Below, one piece after another: positions 9,667 to 19,134 of a DNA stretch of 64,000 bases. The position numbers and the translations under genes are program-made. Source of the DNA: a virus; IMG/VR virus record IMGVR_UViG_3300024520_000049, positions 78,596-142,595 of that record. One strand, written 5' to 3'. How positions within the stretch are numbered: the stretch's first letter is position 1; the number at the start of each line of letters is the position of its first letter. The notes below the pieces were generated by a model. That model did not search any database and was not told the DNA's origin. It worked only from the letters and a program-made list of their open reading frames with translations.

Positions 9667-10578
9667 ATGAATAGGTCGATAACCCTAATGTCTGTTATGA
9701 TCCTGGCGCTGTTCAAAACATGTGCGCCAGCGAACCCCACTGGCCCCGCCGTGGACCCGACGACGACCATTCAGCAGCAGGTGCAGCAGAGCCGGACAGT
9801 CGGCAAGCAAGTCACCAACTCCGGAGAGAGTGTTCAGAAGGACGCTCAGGACATTTTGAAAGAGGCTGACAAAGCTCAGTCCAAACTGCCGGCCGAAGCG
9901 CAGCGCGCAGTATCCCCTCACCTAAATAAGATCAAGCAGCACGCTGGGTCTATAACAACCGAAGCTGAGAAAATAAAACAATTAGGTCTGCAGTTGGGTC
10001 AAGTTGCTGCAAACCTCGAAGCCAGCATTGTGGAGGTGGACCAACTGAAGTCGTTTAATAGCGATCAGGCCTCTCAGCTAGACACGAAAGACGCCCAGAT
10101 AGAGGCGCTCGAAAAAGAACTGACGAATGTTAAAGCAGAGAAGAACAACTACCTGAAGTATCTGGTGGTGGCCGGGGCGTTGCTCATGGCTATCAGCATT
10201 ACGCTGTGTTTCGTGGTGAACAACCCGAAGATGGTGTATGGCGCCGTTGGCGGCCTGATACTGATTTTAGTAGCGCTATTCGTTCAAGCTCTCACAAAGT
10301 ACTTTATCTGGGTAGGACTAGCGGGGGGGCTGACGATCGTCGGTCTGGTGATCTGGCAAGTTCTTGAGTATCGTAGCAAGCATCACGCCTTAGAGGAGGT
10401 CGTAGAGACCACCGAACTGGCTAAGGATGGCCTATCAGCCAAAGAGCGTTTGAGGCTCTTCGGCACTGGGGCTGACCATGGGCATATAGGCAACATGCAA
10501 AGCAAGGGCACACACAAAGAAGTGTCTAAGATACGGAACCGGAAAAAGCACAAGTGGGAGCCGACTATAGCGTTTTGA
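9667..10578 (+). CDS. membrane protein: N-terminal signal, long coiled coil, 3 C-terminal TM helices (possible lysis/spanin-like)
   Basis: Hydrophobic N-terminus ending in Cys, heptad-rich middle, hydrophobic stretches at about aa 165-235. Confidence 0.6.
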   Translation: MNRSITLMSVMILALFKTCAPANPTGPAVDPTTTIQQQVQQSRTVGKQVTNSGESVQKDAQDILKEADKAQSKLPAEAQRAVSPHLNKIKQHAGSITTEAEKIKQLGLQLGQVAANLEASIVEVDQLKSFNSDQASQLDTKDAQIEALEKELTNVKAEKNNYLKYLVVAGALLMAISITLCFVVNNPKMVYGAVGGLILILVALFVQALTKYFIWVGLAGGLTIVGLVIWQVLEYRSKHHALEEVVETTELAKDGLSAKERLRLFGTGADHGHIGNMQSKGTHKEVSKIRNRKKHKWEPTIAF

Positions 10579-10650
10579 TCTTCTTTCGCGTTAATGAGTG
10601 ACCTTCCAGCCTCCGGGCTGGCGCACACAGAACAGAACGTGGAGATCAGA

Positions 10651-12045
10651 ATGGCCGCAAAATCAGAGTACCCTCTTTACGCCCCGAAAGTCGCGAGGTT
10701 TTTACAGCAGGGCCTTATTACTAGGGAAATTGCAAAAAAGCTTCGAAAACCTTACGGGACAGTGTATGTCTGGGTAACGAAGGTTAGGAAGGATCCGGAT
10801 TTCAACAGCGCTTTGGCGCCTGGGCCCCAGGCAAAGGTCGTAGCGCCCCTCCCCACCACCCGTAATGCAAAAGTTGGCGCTACCTTTGTGGCCAACGGGG
10901 ATGAAGCCAAAGCAGTGCTGACCTCCAAGCGCGTAAGCACCCTGGAGGATCTCATCACAGCCTGCAACATCGACACAGACTACTGGGAGGTCGTTCAGTG
11001 GGACTGCAAGGTGTGGGAGATGGGCAGGAAGTCCAAGGTCTCTGACATGAGCTGGGAAGCCGGTGTAGCCACAGGCTCCTCGAAGGACGACGGTAAAATC
11101 TTCGTCCAGCCGCTTTATTCGGTCGCCGCCAGGTTAAGGAAGAAGCACGAAGCGACTTCCCGGGAGGTGGCTGATTACCTTGAGCAGCTCATGGTGAGCA
11201 AGCCTAAGCGGAAGTTCAATTACGAGGCCATTAACCGCAATGCTGACAACACGTTAGAGATAATGCTCCCCGACCTGCATCTCGGCCGCCTAAGCTGGGG
11301 CGAGGAGACAGGGGACGAGGACTACGACCTGGATAAGGCAATCCGCCTGATGCAGCACGCCATCCGCTTCCTGGTCGGCGAGGCTGATGACCGGGTACGC
11401 AAGGTGCTCATCCCTGTCGGGAATGATTACTTCAACAGTGACAGCTGGCGTAATGAGACGACCAAGGGAACACCGCAGCACGAGAGCTGTCGCTGGCAGC
11501 GCAGCTTCCGCGAGGGCGTAGACGCCATGCTTGAAGTTGTAGAAGAGATTGCTACCTTATACGAGGTAGATCTGATGGTGATACCCGGTAACCACGATAC
11601 CGAACGGTCCTTCTATATGGGTGAGTGCATGCGGCACTACTTCCGGGGGAATCGGCGGGTGACTGTGGATAATGCCGCAACGACACGGAAGTACCGGCAG
11701 TTCGGCGTCACATTGGTGGGATATACCCACGGAGACGCTGAACGGCCTAAAGACTTGCCAATGCTGCTGGCGCATCAAGCTCCGGAGGCTTGGGCAACTT
11801 CCCTGATTCGGGAATGGCATCATGGCCATTTTCACCATGAGAAAGACATAGACATGCAGGGCGTGCGCTTACGATATTTCAGTTCTTTGGCGCCACCTAG
11901 TGCATGGGAGTCAAAGAAAGGCTATGTTACATCGATTAGGGCTGGGCAGGCGATACAGTACGATCCCGCGCACGGGCCCTGCAGACAATACAACTGGTTC
12001 CCGGTCTTAGAGGCCGCGGCACGGCAACGAAAACGAAAGAGGTAA
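10651..12045 (+). CDS. calcineurin-like metallophosphoesterase with N-terminal HTH
   Basis: PDLHLG, GNDYF, PGNHD, THGD, GHFHHE motifs; REIAKKLRKPYGTVYVWV HTH; GGAG RBS before ATG 10651. Confidence 0.8.
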   Translation: MAAKSEYPLYAPKVARFLQQGLITREIAKKLRKPYGTVYVWVTKVRKDPDFNSALAPGPQAKVVAPLPTTRNAKVGATFVANGDEAKAVLTSKRVSTLEDLITACNIDTDYWEVVQWDCKVWEMGRKSKVSDMSWEAGVATGSSKDDGKIFVQPLYSVAARLRKKHEATSREVADYLEQLMVSKPKRKFNYEAINRNADNTLEIMLPDLHLGRLSWGEETGDEDYDLDKAIRLMQHAIRFLVGEADDRVRKVLIPVGNDYFNSDSWRNETTKGTPQHESCRWQRSFREGVDAMLEVVEEIATLYEVDLMVIPGNHDTERSFYMGECMRHYFRGNRRVTVDNAATTRKYRQFGVTLVGYTHGDAERPKDLPMLLAHQAPEAWATSLIREWHHGHFHHEKDIDMQGVRLRYFSSLAPPSAWESKKGYVTSIRAGQAIQYDPAHGPCRQYNWFPVLEAAARQRKRKR

Positions 12046-12050
12046 GTATC

Positions 12051-13232
12051 ATGTCAGATGAGTTCGACGACGATTTTCTTATGGACATCCCGATGCCGGA
12101 CGAGTCATCGGCCAATCGGGATATCATCGAGGACGAGTGTAATGTCGCGAAAAAGATGGCCTTCATCGGCCTGGGGCAGGCCGGCAGCAGGATCGCGGAA
12201 GCGTTTCACAAGTTGGGCTACCGGCGCGTCTGTGTCGTCAACACAGCGGTCCAGGATCTGGCGTCCATCGACCTACCGGAAGAGAACAAGCTTCTGATGG
12301 CGATCGATGAAGGCGGTGCTGGCAAGCATCCGGACATAGGCGCCAAAGCTGCTGCCCAGTACCGCGAAGACATCTACGACCTGATGAGGAAGTCGTTCGG
12401 CAAGGAGTTCGATCGTATCATGGTGTGTGCTGGCACCGGTGGCGGTACGGGCGGAGGCTCCTGGTCAGTAGTTCTGGACATTGCGCACGAGTTCGCCCAG
12501 ACTCTGCGCATCGAAGAGGAGACAGGTGACACTGTCGTCGGCATGATCGCAACTATCCCTATGCTAAGCGAGGGACCTGCTGTGAACGCCAACTCATCGG
12601 AAGCCCTCGATCAGATGCTCCCACTGGCTGGCGTTGGCCGGTCAAAGACACGCACAGTCAGTCCGCTCGTGCTCGTCGACAATGAGCGCATCGAGGCACT
12701 CTACCGGAACGTCCCCGCCGCGAAGTTCTGGGGCGTAGCGAACAAGAGCATCGCAAGCCTGTTCCACCTGTTCAATAGCGTAGCTGCTAAAGACTCGGAG
12801 TATAGCACCTTTGATGCTGCGGACCTGGACGACGTCCTGGGCTCAGGTGTGATTACCTTCGGCGCAACAGGGATCGGAGCGTACAAGAACCACGGCGACG
12901 TTGCCAAGGCCATCAGGGACAACCTGAAGGGTAACGTACTGGTATCCAACCTTGACGTCGGTGTCGCAGAGAAAGCTGCCTGCGTGTTCATCGCGAGTCA
13001 AGATGTGCTGGATGAGATCCCGCAGGCGTACCTGGAGCACGGGTACGAGATGCTTGGTCGGCTGATGGGGGGCGGAGCAGCCATCCACCGTGGGATATAT
13101 AAAGGCGGCGGCAACGGTAACCTGAGAGTATACACAATGCTCGGCGAGCTGGGGGTACCCACAGAGCGCCTGGAGCAGATCGCCAAGAAAGGCGATTGGT
13201 GGCCAAAAATACTCGGTAAGAAGCGTAAGTAA
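12051..13232 (+). CDS. tubulin/FtsZ superfamily GTPase (PhuZ/TubZ/CetZ-like)
   Basis: IGLGQAGSRIA, VNTAxxDL, GGAGK, GTGGGTGGG signature, LVDNE, FDAADL (T7 loop). Confidence 0.9.
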   Translation: MSDEFDDDFLMDIPMPDESSANRDIIEDECNVAKKMAFIGLGQAGSRIAEAFHKLGYRRVCVVNTAVQDLASIDLPEENKLLMAIDEGGAGKHPDIGAKAAAQYREDIYDLMRKSFGKEFDRIMVCAGTGGGTGGGSWSVVLDIAHEFAQTLRIEEETGDTVVGMIATIPMLSEGPAVNANSSEALDQMLPLAGVGRSKTRTVSPLVLVDNERIEALYRNVPAAKFWGVANKSIASLFHLFNSVAAKDSEYSTFDAADLDDVLGSGVITFGATGIGAYKNHGDVAKAIRDNLKGNVLVSNLDVGVAEKAACVFIASQDVLDEIPQAYLEHGYEMLGRLMGGGAAIHRGIYKGGGNGNLRVYTMLGELGVPTERLEQIAKKGDWWPKILGKKRK

Positions 13233-13326
13233 AAGGACTTAATAAACGCCTCTTCGTTGCTATAATATATAAGTGGATGTTGCTATTTATCAGGCTGTTA
13301 ATAGCGATCTTCACTTAAAAATGGGT

Positions 13327-13363
13327 AGCCCGCCAAGACTAACATCTTGGCGGGCTTTTTTTT
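13327..13363 (+). terminator. intrinsic terminator
   Basis: AGCCCGCCAAGA/TCTTGGCGGGCT stem followed by T-run. Confidence 0.85.
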
Positions 13364-13390
13364 GTGTGCCAACAAAAAATAGGAGGAGAA

Positions 13391-13777
13391 ATGAGAATTT
13401 CTAAACCAACGTGGACTGGAGATTATGACCAGCACCAACTGCGACCCTGGGAACAAGTTGCCGTCCATGAGTTTATGGTGGACGGCAGCCGTCACGGGAT
13501 CACGAAGATGACAGTAAAGGCCAACGAAGTCCTCTGCGTGGTGCGCGGGGAGCTGGTCGTTATTGACAGGGAGCTTCTCACCGAGGAGCGTCCCAACTGC
13601 TCGTTGGAGCAGGTGATGCTGGACGTCGCACAGGAGATCGAGTTCCTCTGGGACGTGCTCGTCTTGGACAAGGGGCTGGATAAGTTCATGTGCGATATGC
13701 GTGAACAGAGCCTGGGTATGCTGGCAGAGATGCTCCTGTCTCCAACCTCAGGACAGCGGCCAGATCTGATGAATTGA
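13391..13777 (+). CDS. hypothetical protein
   Basis: AGGAGGAG RBS before ATG 13391. Confidence 0.7.
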   Translation: MRISKPTWTGDYDQHQLRPWEQVAVHEFMVDGSRHGITKMTVKANEVLCVVRGELVVIDRELLTEERPNCSLEQVMLDVAQEIEFLWDVLVLDKGLDKFMCDMREQSLGMLAEMLLSPTSGQRPDLMN

Positions 13778-13864
13778 ACTATGCACTATATTACCCCGTA
13801 TAGTGCAGGGGCCTTGCAGGGCAACCTGTTAGGCCCCACCTTTTCCGGCAGCCGCCGGCGCCTT

Positions 13865-15619
13865 TTAGATGCTGTTACTCATCTGCATCAACATGTCAAT
13901 GTCGATGTTATCCTCTTGCGAGAAGTCAACCCCTCCGAAGTCCGCAGAGGTCTCTGGAGTGACGTTGAGCAGAGGATGCTGTACCAGCCGGTACAGGACC
14001 AACATAGCAAATGCTAGGGCGTGGCAGAAATCGTCAGGTTTCGCAGGATCGCGTACAAACTTTTTAAGTGTCATACCCGAGCTCTTCTCCACAAGTTCCT
14101 CGTATGGGGAGAGCAAGTCACAGGTGTAGTGCCTGGATTCGTTGATGTCGGGGAACCACATACGCTTATTGCGGATGTTGTAGAAAAGCACACCCAGTGC
14201 AGTATTGCGGTCAACCGTCCACAACGTGTTGCCGTGCATCTCTTTGCTGGACATAAATTTGTTCTGGTTCACATACATGATTTGAACAACCCGGTGGTTC
14301 CGATTGCGCAGTAAAGCGTTGTTCAAATAGCCGACCCCGAAGTCAGGTGCGACAAAGTCACATCTGTACATCATGGAGAGGCGGCCAATGTCATGAACCG
14401 TTTCCTCGATATCCTGCCCTACGTACCGCCGGGCGTAGAGTACATGGATCTCCCCTCCGTGGGTAATCCCACAAACAACAGCAACTGTAAAGGACGTTAT
14501 CTCTGCAATTCCCCAGTCAACCCCTAATACGCGGTATGCGTAGTTCTGGTGGATCTTAAATAACTCCTCGTGGCTCCCCAGTACGGAAACATCGTCAATA
14601 TCCTGCTGGGTTATGAGCCGCACCCCTACGTCACTGGAGATCCCCAGGATTTCCGTAAAGATCGTTGAAGGCGGAAGCTTGGCGATCTTGTCCACGATCT
14701 TCGACCACTTGTTGATGTCGTAGACCATCGCCGGCAGAACGATCTGCGGCACGTGGAACCCCGGGAACTCATCAGCAAGATCTGGATGTGCATGTACCCA
14801 CTTGCCTTCACGGATGTTAAGCAGCTTGGAGCACTTGGTGCAGATCGGGCCGCGCGCGGATATCATATCCAGCACGTTGTTCTCTCTGGTCGGGATGTTC
14901 CAGTGATTGCAGCCCGAGCATTTGGTGGCCCACTCGCCTTTGGAGCTTTGCCTCCACAGGTGCTCAATGGTGTTATCAGTAGTTTTGGCTGTCCCGGTGA
15001 ACCGCCGTAGCCCGTAAGCTGAGTTGGATAATGACTCAGAAATAATCGGGATATGGTCGGTGAGCTGGTCTTGGACCTCATCAAAGTCGATGCGGTCAGC
15101 AGTAATACCACGGGCACGGTCCGAGGTGGTCTTGGCGTATGTAAGCTGGATTGTCGCACCGTTGCTGAAGCTTTGGTGCATGACCGACTTCGTAATGCCG
15201 GCACCCTTACGGCCGATAGCCCGCATTAGCTCCTTGTCCTGCAGCATCATTGCGGGGCCGCAGGTACTGATCGCTTCCTTTAGGTACAGCATGCTGTAGC
15301 GTTGGGACTGTGATTGAAGAGGAGCAACAAACAGCGTCTGGAAGTTTGGCAGCTGGACGCTGTCTAAAACCTCCGATCTACTCAGATTCGTGGACTTCGC
15401 CACCTGGCGGCCGCACATCCAAATTTCATTGGGTGCGTACTGTTTCGCGTACATCTGCTTAAATTGGGGGTAGTCATCGAGGGTGTAAGGTTCTCCCCGA
15501 ATGGAGAATAGGTGGGGTAGAAGTTCGTCACGACTGAAGTCGGCGACGAGGTCTTCTATGCCGCCCTCGTCGGCTCTTTTTCGTATAGCTTGTAACAATT
15601 CAACAGCGGAGGAGCTCAT
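13865..15619 (-). CDS. terL: terminase large subunit (lambda GpA-like)
   Basis: CGRQVAKST Walker A, RIDFDEVQD Walker B, FTGTA motif III, CxxC..CxxC zinc finger, GVDWG and PDDFCHAL nuclease motifs. Confidence 0.9.
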   Translation of the reverse strand: MSSSAVELLQAIRKRADEGGIEDLVADFSRDELLPHLFSIRGEPYTLDDYPQFKQMYAKQYAPNEIWMCGRQVAKSTNLSRSEVLDSVQLPNFQTLFVAPLQSQSQRYSMLYLKEAISTCGPAMMLQDKELMRAIGRKGAGITKSVMHQSFSNGATIQLTYAKTTSDRARGITADRIDFDEVQDQLTDHIPIISESLSNSAYGLRRFTGTAKTTDNTIEHLWRQSSKGEWATKCSGCNHWNIPTRENNVLDMISARGPICTKCSKLLNIREGKWVHAHPDLADEFPGFHVPQIVLPAMVYDINKWSKIVDKIAKLPPSTIFTEILGISSDVGVRLITQQDIDDVSVLGSHEELFKIHQNYAYRVLGVDWGIAEITSFTVAVVCGITHGGEIHVLYARRYVGQDIEETVHDIGRLSMMYRCDFVAPDFGVGYLNNALLRNRNHRVVQIMYVNQNKFMSSKEMHGNTLWTVDRNTALGVLFYNIRNKRMWFPDINESRHYTCDLLSPYEELVEKSSGMTLKKFVRDPAKPDDFCHALAFAMLVLYRLVQHPLLNVTPETSADFGGVDFSQEDNIDIDMLMQMSNSI

Positions 15620-15780
15620 AAAAGACAGACCTCAGGTATTGTGGAATCTTGGCGCATTTGTCGTCAATTCCGCATTCGCTGCATCGGCAGCTACTTTGGG
15701 CGGTGTAATAGTTCTTGTTTCGGACCTGTGTAGAGATTATAATACACAAGAGGCAGATTGTCTACTTTTAGGAGGCCGAG

Positions 15781-15969
15781 ATGAGGAACTTGAGTGCCAA
15801 TCAATATCGTCGGAGGAAGAAACTACTTCGGACTGATAGAGAACTTGAGGATACGTATTTGACGACAAATGTGAGATGGGAAACAGGAACAGCGTTGACG
15901 CACAAGAGAAAGGACAGGCTGCGCCGCACTGAATGGTTGGTGCTTGCGCAGCAGTCGTGCTCCTGCTAA
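15781..15969 (+). CDS. small hypothetical protein
   Basis: Strong AGGAGG RBS, TATAAT about 40 bp upstream. Confidence 0.45.
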   Translation: MRNLSANQYRRRKKLLRTDRELEDTYLTTNVRWETGTALTHKRKDRLRRTEWLVLAQQSCSC

Positions 15970-16043
15970 CCGCACTTGCGGGTAGGAGCAGTGGCAGATC
16001 GAAGGCTTATTGTGAGGCCTTAAAACAACAACAGTCGAGTAAG

Positions 16044-16078
16044 AAGCCGCCTCGGAAATAAAACCGAGGCGGCTTTTT
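16044..16078 (+). terminator. intrinsic terminator
   Basis: AAGCCGCCTCGG/CCGAGGCGGCTT stem + T-run. Confidence 0.8.
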
Positions 16079-16097
16079 CCGTCTAAAGGAGGGGAGT

Positions 16098-16451
16098 ATG
16101 CTAGCGCTACTACTCGTGGCCACTGGGGTCGCTATATCGTGGAGGGTCCAACAAAAGCCGTTCACAGTATGGGAAGCTCAAGTGGGTGCTATTAGAAATA
16201 GCCGCCAAAATGCTCATACTCGTGAGGTGCAAAATATAGCGATACAGCGTGTCGTTGATAAGCACCGAATTCACACAGTACTGACCGGCGAACAGGCGAC
16301 ATCAAAGTCATTCGCGGACAGGCTGAGCGCTCAGGATCTGGATGATCTGGGCAAATTAGTGGATGGTGGCGAGGTTGCAGATCGCGCCACAGCTGAGATA
16401 AACCTCGGCGTAATTAAGGTTTTATCTAAACCTAAGAAGGAGAAAAAATGA
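16098..16451 (+). CDS. hypothetical protein with N-terminal membrane anchor
   Basis: AAGGAGG RBS; hydrophobic N-terminus. Confidence 0.7.
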   Translation: MLALLLVATGVAISWRVQQKPFTVWEAQVGAIRNSRQNAHTREVQNIAIQRVVDKHRIHTVLTGEQATSKSFADRLSAQDLDDLGKLVDGGEVADRATAEINLGVIKVLSKPKKEKK

Positions 16452-16867
16452 CTTCTGAAACAAAAGTACTCGGACTGGGCGTGGCTGCCTTGGCTGTACT
16501 TGATGGTGGAATTGTAGACTTTGTTGTTCGCGCCACCAGCGGCACTGCAGTGTATTGCAGCAATCAGTATCTATGTAGCGGACTCCTTAAGGAAACCGTG
16601 GAAACCCTGGATACGCGGTTGAGCCTGCTGGAGAAAAACAGCGCAAGTGCAGAAGAGATTGCCGCGCTTAAACGCCTCAAGGATGTGTTTAAGCGCGACG
16701 TCAAATACGTAGAGGTCAGCTCTACGTGCTGGGCGGCGGGGACGTTTCTGTTCCCGTCTTTCGGTATCACCGCTATGGCTGTGTACGCCTTCTGGCGCTA
16801 CATGGCACTGCAGAAGCATCGGGGCCTGTTGCTGGATATTCCAGCAGCTCCAGCGCCCGCACTCTGA
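16448..16867 (+). CDS. hypothetical membrane protein
   Basis: ATGA overlap; two hydrophobic segments. Confidence 0.7.
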   Translation: MTSETKVLGLGVAALAVLDGGIVDFVVRATSGTAVYCSNQYLCSGLLKETVETLDTRLSLLEKNSASAEEIAALKRLKDVFKRDVKYVEVSSTCWAAGTFLFPSFGITAMAVYAFWRYMALQKHRGLLLDIPAAPAPAL

Positions 16868-16971
16868 ACCCCAAGCCACCAAAACCTCGTGCCTCTCACT
16901 TAACGGTGAGCTTGGCGCGAGGTTTTGGTATTTCTATATGTAAACATTTCATTAGCTATTGGAGACATAAA

Positions 16972-17883
16972 ATGTCAAGAATCGAAGTAATTAACGAAGA
17001 CCCGTATTGTAAAGTCGACCTCTCCCCCGTGGAAGGTCTGAGAGACATGAACGTAACTCGCCTCTTCAACCCCGAGACAAACGCAATGGAGCCGATCCCG
17101 GGTAAGGGCGCGATCCACGCTGAGGGCTACAAGCTGGTAACCAACGAGCGTGTGCACCAGATGGTTCAGGACGTTCTTACCCGCTCGGGTCAGGAGTTCG
17201 AGCAGATGCCTCTACGGCACGGCAGTAAGGCTGGCACGCATACTTGGGACGGTAAGCGCTTCAGCGCTCGCTGGCTGCTTAAGGACGTTAACACAGAGAT
17301 CTCTGATCCGACGACGCGTAGCAGAGCGCCACTGCACCTGGGTGTTGAAGCCATCAACTCCTACGACGGGAGCTGCAAGGTGGGTATTCAGTTCTTCGCT
17401 ATGTCGATGCTCTGCCACAACCAGTTCTACAGCCACAACGTGCTGGGTGGATTCACGTTTCGTCATTACGAGAGCAGATCCTCAAATAGCCTGGACGGCG
17501 ACATTGACGACGCGATGGGGCTGATCAGCCAGCAGGCGGTGCAGTTCGCCCAGGCAGGGCCTCTGCTGAGTAAGATGGCAGCCACCCCGGTGAGCGGCCC
17601 ATTCCCAGGAGCACAAACCAACCTGGACGGGTATCTGGCCGTGCGTAGCCATCTGAAGAAGACATGGCGACCCTCGTACGATCCGCACGTGCTGGACGAG
17701 ATGTCCCAAAATGGCATCACGAAGTCTCTCGGGATTGAGGAGCAAACTGCTCACTGCAACAACCTGTGGGGTTTGCTAAACGCCTACACGGCAGTGAGTA
17801 CCCACAAGATCGGCGGATTCAACGGCGTCAATTTGGGGCGTATCGCGATGGATTCATTTGTCGGATGGGCAAAAGCAGCGTAG
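16972..17883 (+). CDS. DUF932/LGT_TIGR03299-like phage protein
   Basis: YKLVTNE, INSYDGS, LCHNQ, FRH and NLWGLLNAYT motifs; GGAG RBS before 16972. Confidence 0.7.
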   Translation: MSRIEVINEDPYCKVDLSPVEGLRDMNVTRLFNPETNAMEPIPGKGAIHAEGYKLVTNERVHQMVQDVLTRSGQEFEQMPLRHGSKAGTHTWDGKRFSARWLLKDVNTEISDPTTRSRAPLHLGVEAINSYDGSCKVGIQFFAMSMLCHNQFYSHNVLGGFTFRHYESRSSNSLDGDIDDAMGLISQQAVQFAQAGPLLSKMAATPVSGPFPGAQTNLDGYLAVRSHLKKTWRPSYDPHVLDEMSQNGITKSLGIEEQTAHCNNLWGLLNAYTAVSTHKIGGFNGVNLGRIAMDSFVGWAKAA

Positions 17884-17939
17884 GTTAGTGGGCGGGGGTT
17901 TGCATACGGCAGGCCCTCGCCATTATCTCGGAGAAGTAA

Positions 17940-18236
17940 ATGGTTGAAGTTCGACTAATAGTTGAAGTGAAAGACGAAGATGGCCGGGTGGGCCGAAAAT
18001 ACATAGGGACTCACGCACCCAAATTGGACGAAGCAATAACGGCCTTTTTGGACCACGCATTCTACAATAGTGTCACGTTCATACGCGACACTTTATCTGA
18101 AGCAGGGCTGGAGTCTTTAGAGTACGATCCGCCCCCGAAGAAGAAGGCAGCTGCGACCCCAAAAGAGAAAGCAGCTACCCCACGCTCCGGCAGAGGAAGG
18201 AAAAACGGCTCAAAGAAAGACGGCAAAGGTAAGTGA
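17940..18236 (+). CDS. hypothetical protein with basic C-terminal tail
   Basis: GGAG RBS; KKKAAATPKEKAATPR tail. Confidence 0.7.
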   Translation: MVEVRLIVEVKDEDGRVGRKYIGTHAPKLDEAITAFLDHAFYNSVTFIRDTLSEAGLESLEYDPPPKKKAAATPKEKAATPRSGRGRKNGSKKDGKGK

Positions 18237-18348
18237 TATATGGGGCGGGGGCGGGTACAACAGCCCGGAAACCCTGCCCGAGTGGGCCACCACTCTATAT
18301 CACCTATACCCTGCTGCGGGTCGTTTATCCGCATATCGTCTGTACCAC

Positions 18349-18648
18349 TTGATGAAAGTCCAAGAATATTGCTGTCCAATAGCTGCACAGAAGTTTGTCA
18401 TGCCCCCAGAAGGGGCAGGCGACGAGTGGCTGGATACCTTGGATGACTGCGACAAGCGGCTCACTCCAGTATTGGTGCGTGGCAACACCGCGCACCACTG
18501 GGACGTTGGTAATGTCTTGTTCATATGCGATTTATGGGCGTCGACTTATCTACGATTCAGCTCGGCGGCTGAGTTCTGCAAGGCGTTCTGCCTTCAGTCA
18601 GTGCCATCTAAACTCCATGTACCCACAGACAATGAACTGAGGCACTAG
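18349..18648 (+). CDS. hypothetical protein
   Basis: 99-aa ORF filling the gap before RNase H. Confidence 0.5.
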   Translation: MMKVQEYCCPIAAQKFVMPPEGAGDEWLDTLDDCDKRLTPVLVRGNTAHHWDVGNVLFICDLWASTYLRFSSAAEFCKAFCLQSVPSKLHVPTDNELRH

Positions 18649-18654
18649 AAGCTT

Positions 18655-19134
18655 ATGGCTGATCAATTAAACGCTCATGTGTATATCTTTGCCGACGGAA
18701 GCGCTGCAGGCGCGGGTGTTGGTGCATGGGCTTCACTGGTTATTGTACCAGCTACAGGTGTGAGCAAGCTCCTCTACGGGGTTGCAGGCGCCACAACAAT
18801 TAACCGGTGCGAGCTTCAGCCAATCGTGGAAGCGCTGCGCTGGGTGAACGAGAACTTATCTCGCGGACTGCGAGTACGCATCGTCACAGACTCACAGCAG
18901 ACTGCCCGCACAATGGGTGGAGAATTTGAGAAAAAGAGCAACTTGGACCTTTGGGCCGCCTACGAACATGAGGCGTCCGCTCAAAGTACTCGGGTTATAT
19001 GGCAACAGCGTAACTCGCACCCTTATATGGACTTAGTGGACGCTGTTGCGTATTCACTGCGAAAGTCCGTAAAGCCAATGACGGATAAACTTGATGAAAC
19101 GAAAATACAGGAGGTAAGTGTAGAAAACTTATGA
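18655..19134 (+). CDS. rnhA: ribonuclease HI
   Basis: IFADGS, TINRCEL, IVTDSQ, NLDLW, VDAVA catalytic motifs. Confidence 0.9.
   Translation: MADQLNAHVYIFADGSAAGAGVGAWASLVIVPATGVSKLLYGVAGATTINRCELQPIVEALRWVNENLSRGLRVRIVTDSQQTARTMGGEFEKKSNLDLWAAYEHEASAQSTRVIWQQRNSHPYMDLVDAVAYSLRKSVKPMTDKLDETKIQEVSVENL

Noticed and set aside
12051-13232. Host ftsZ, implying a bacterial chromosome
   Set aside because: No dcw cluster genes and no FtsZ C-terminal peptide; neighbours are terminase and virion genes.
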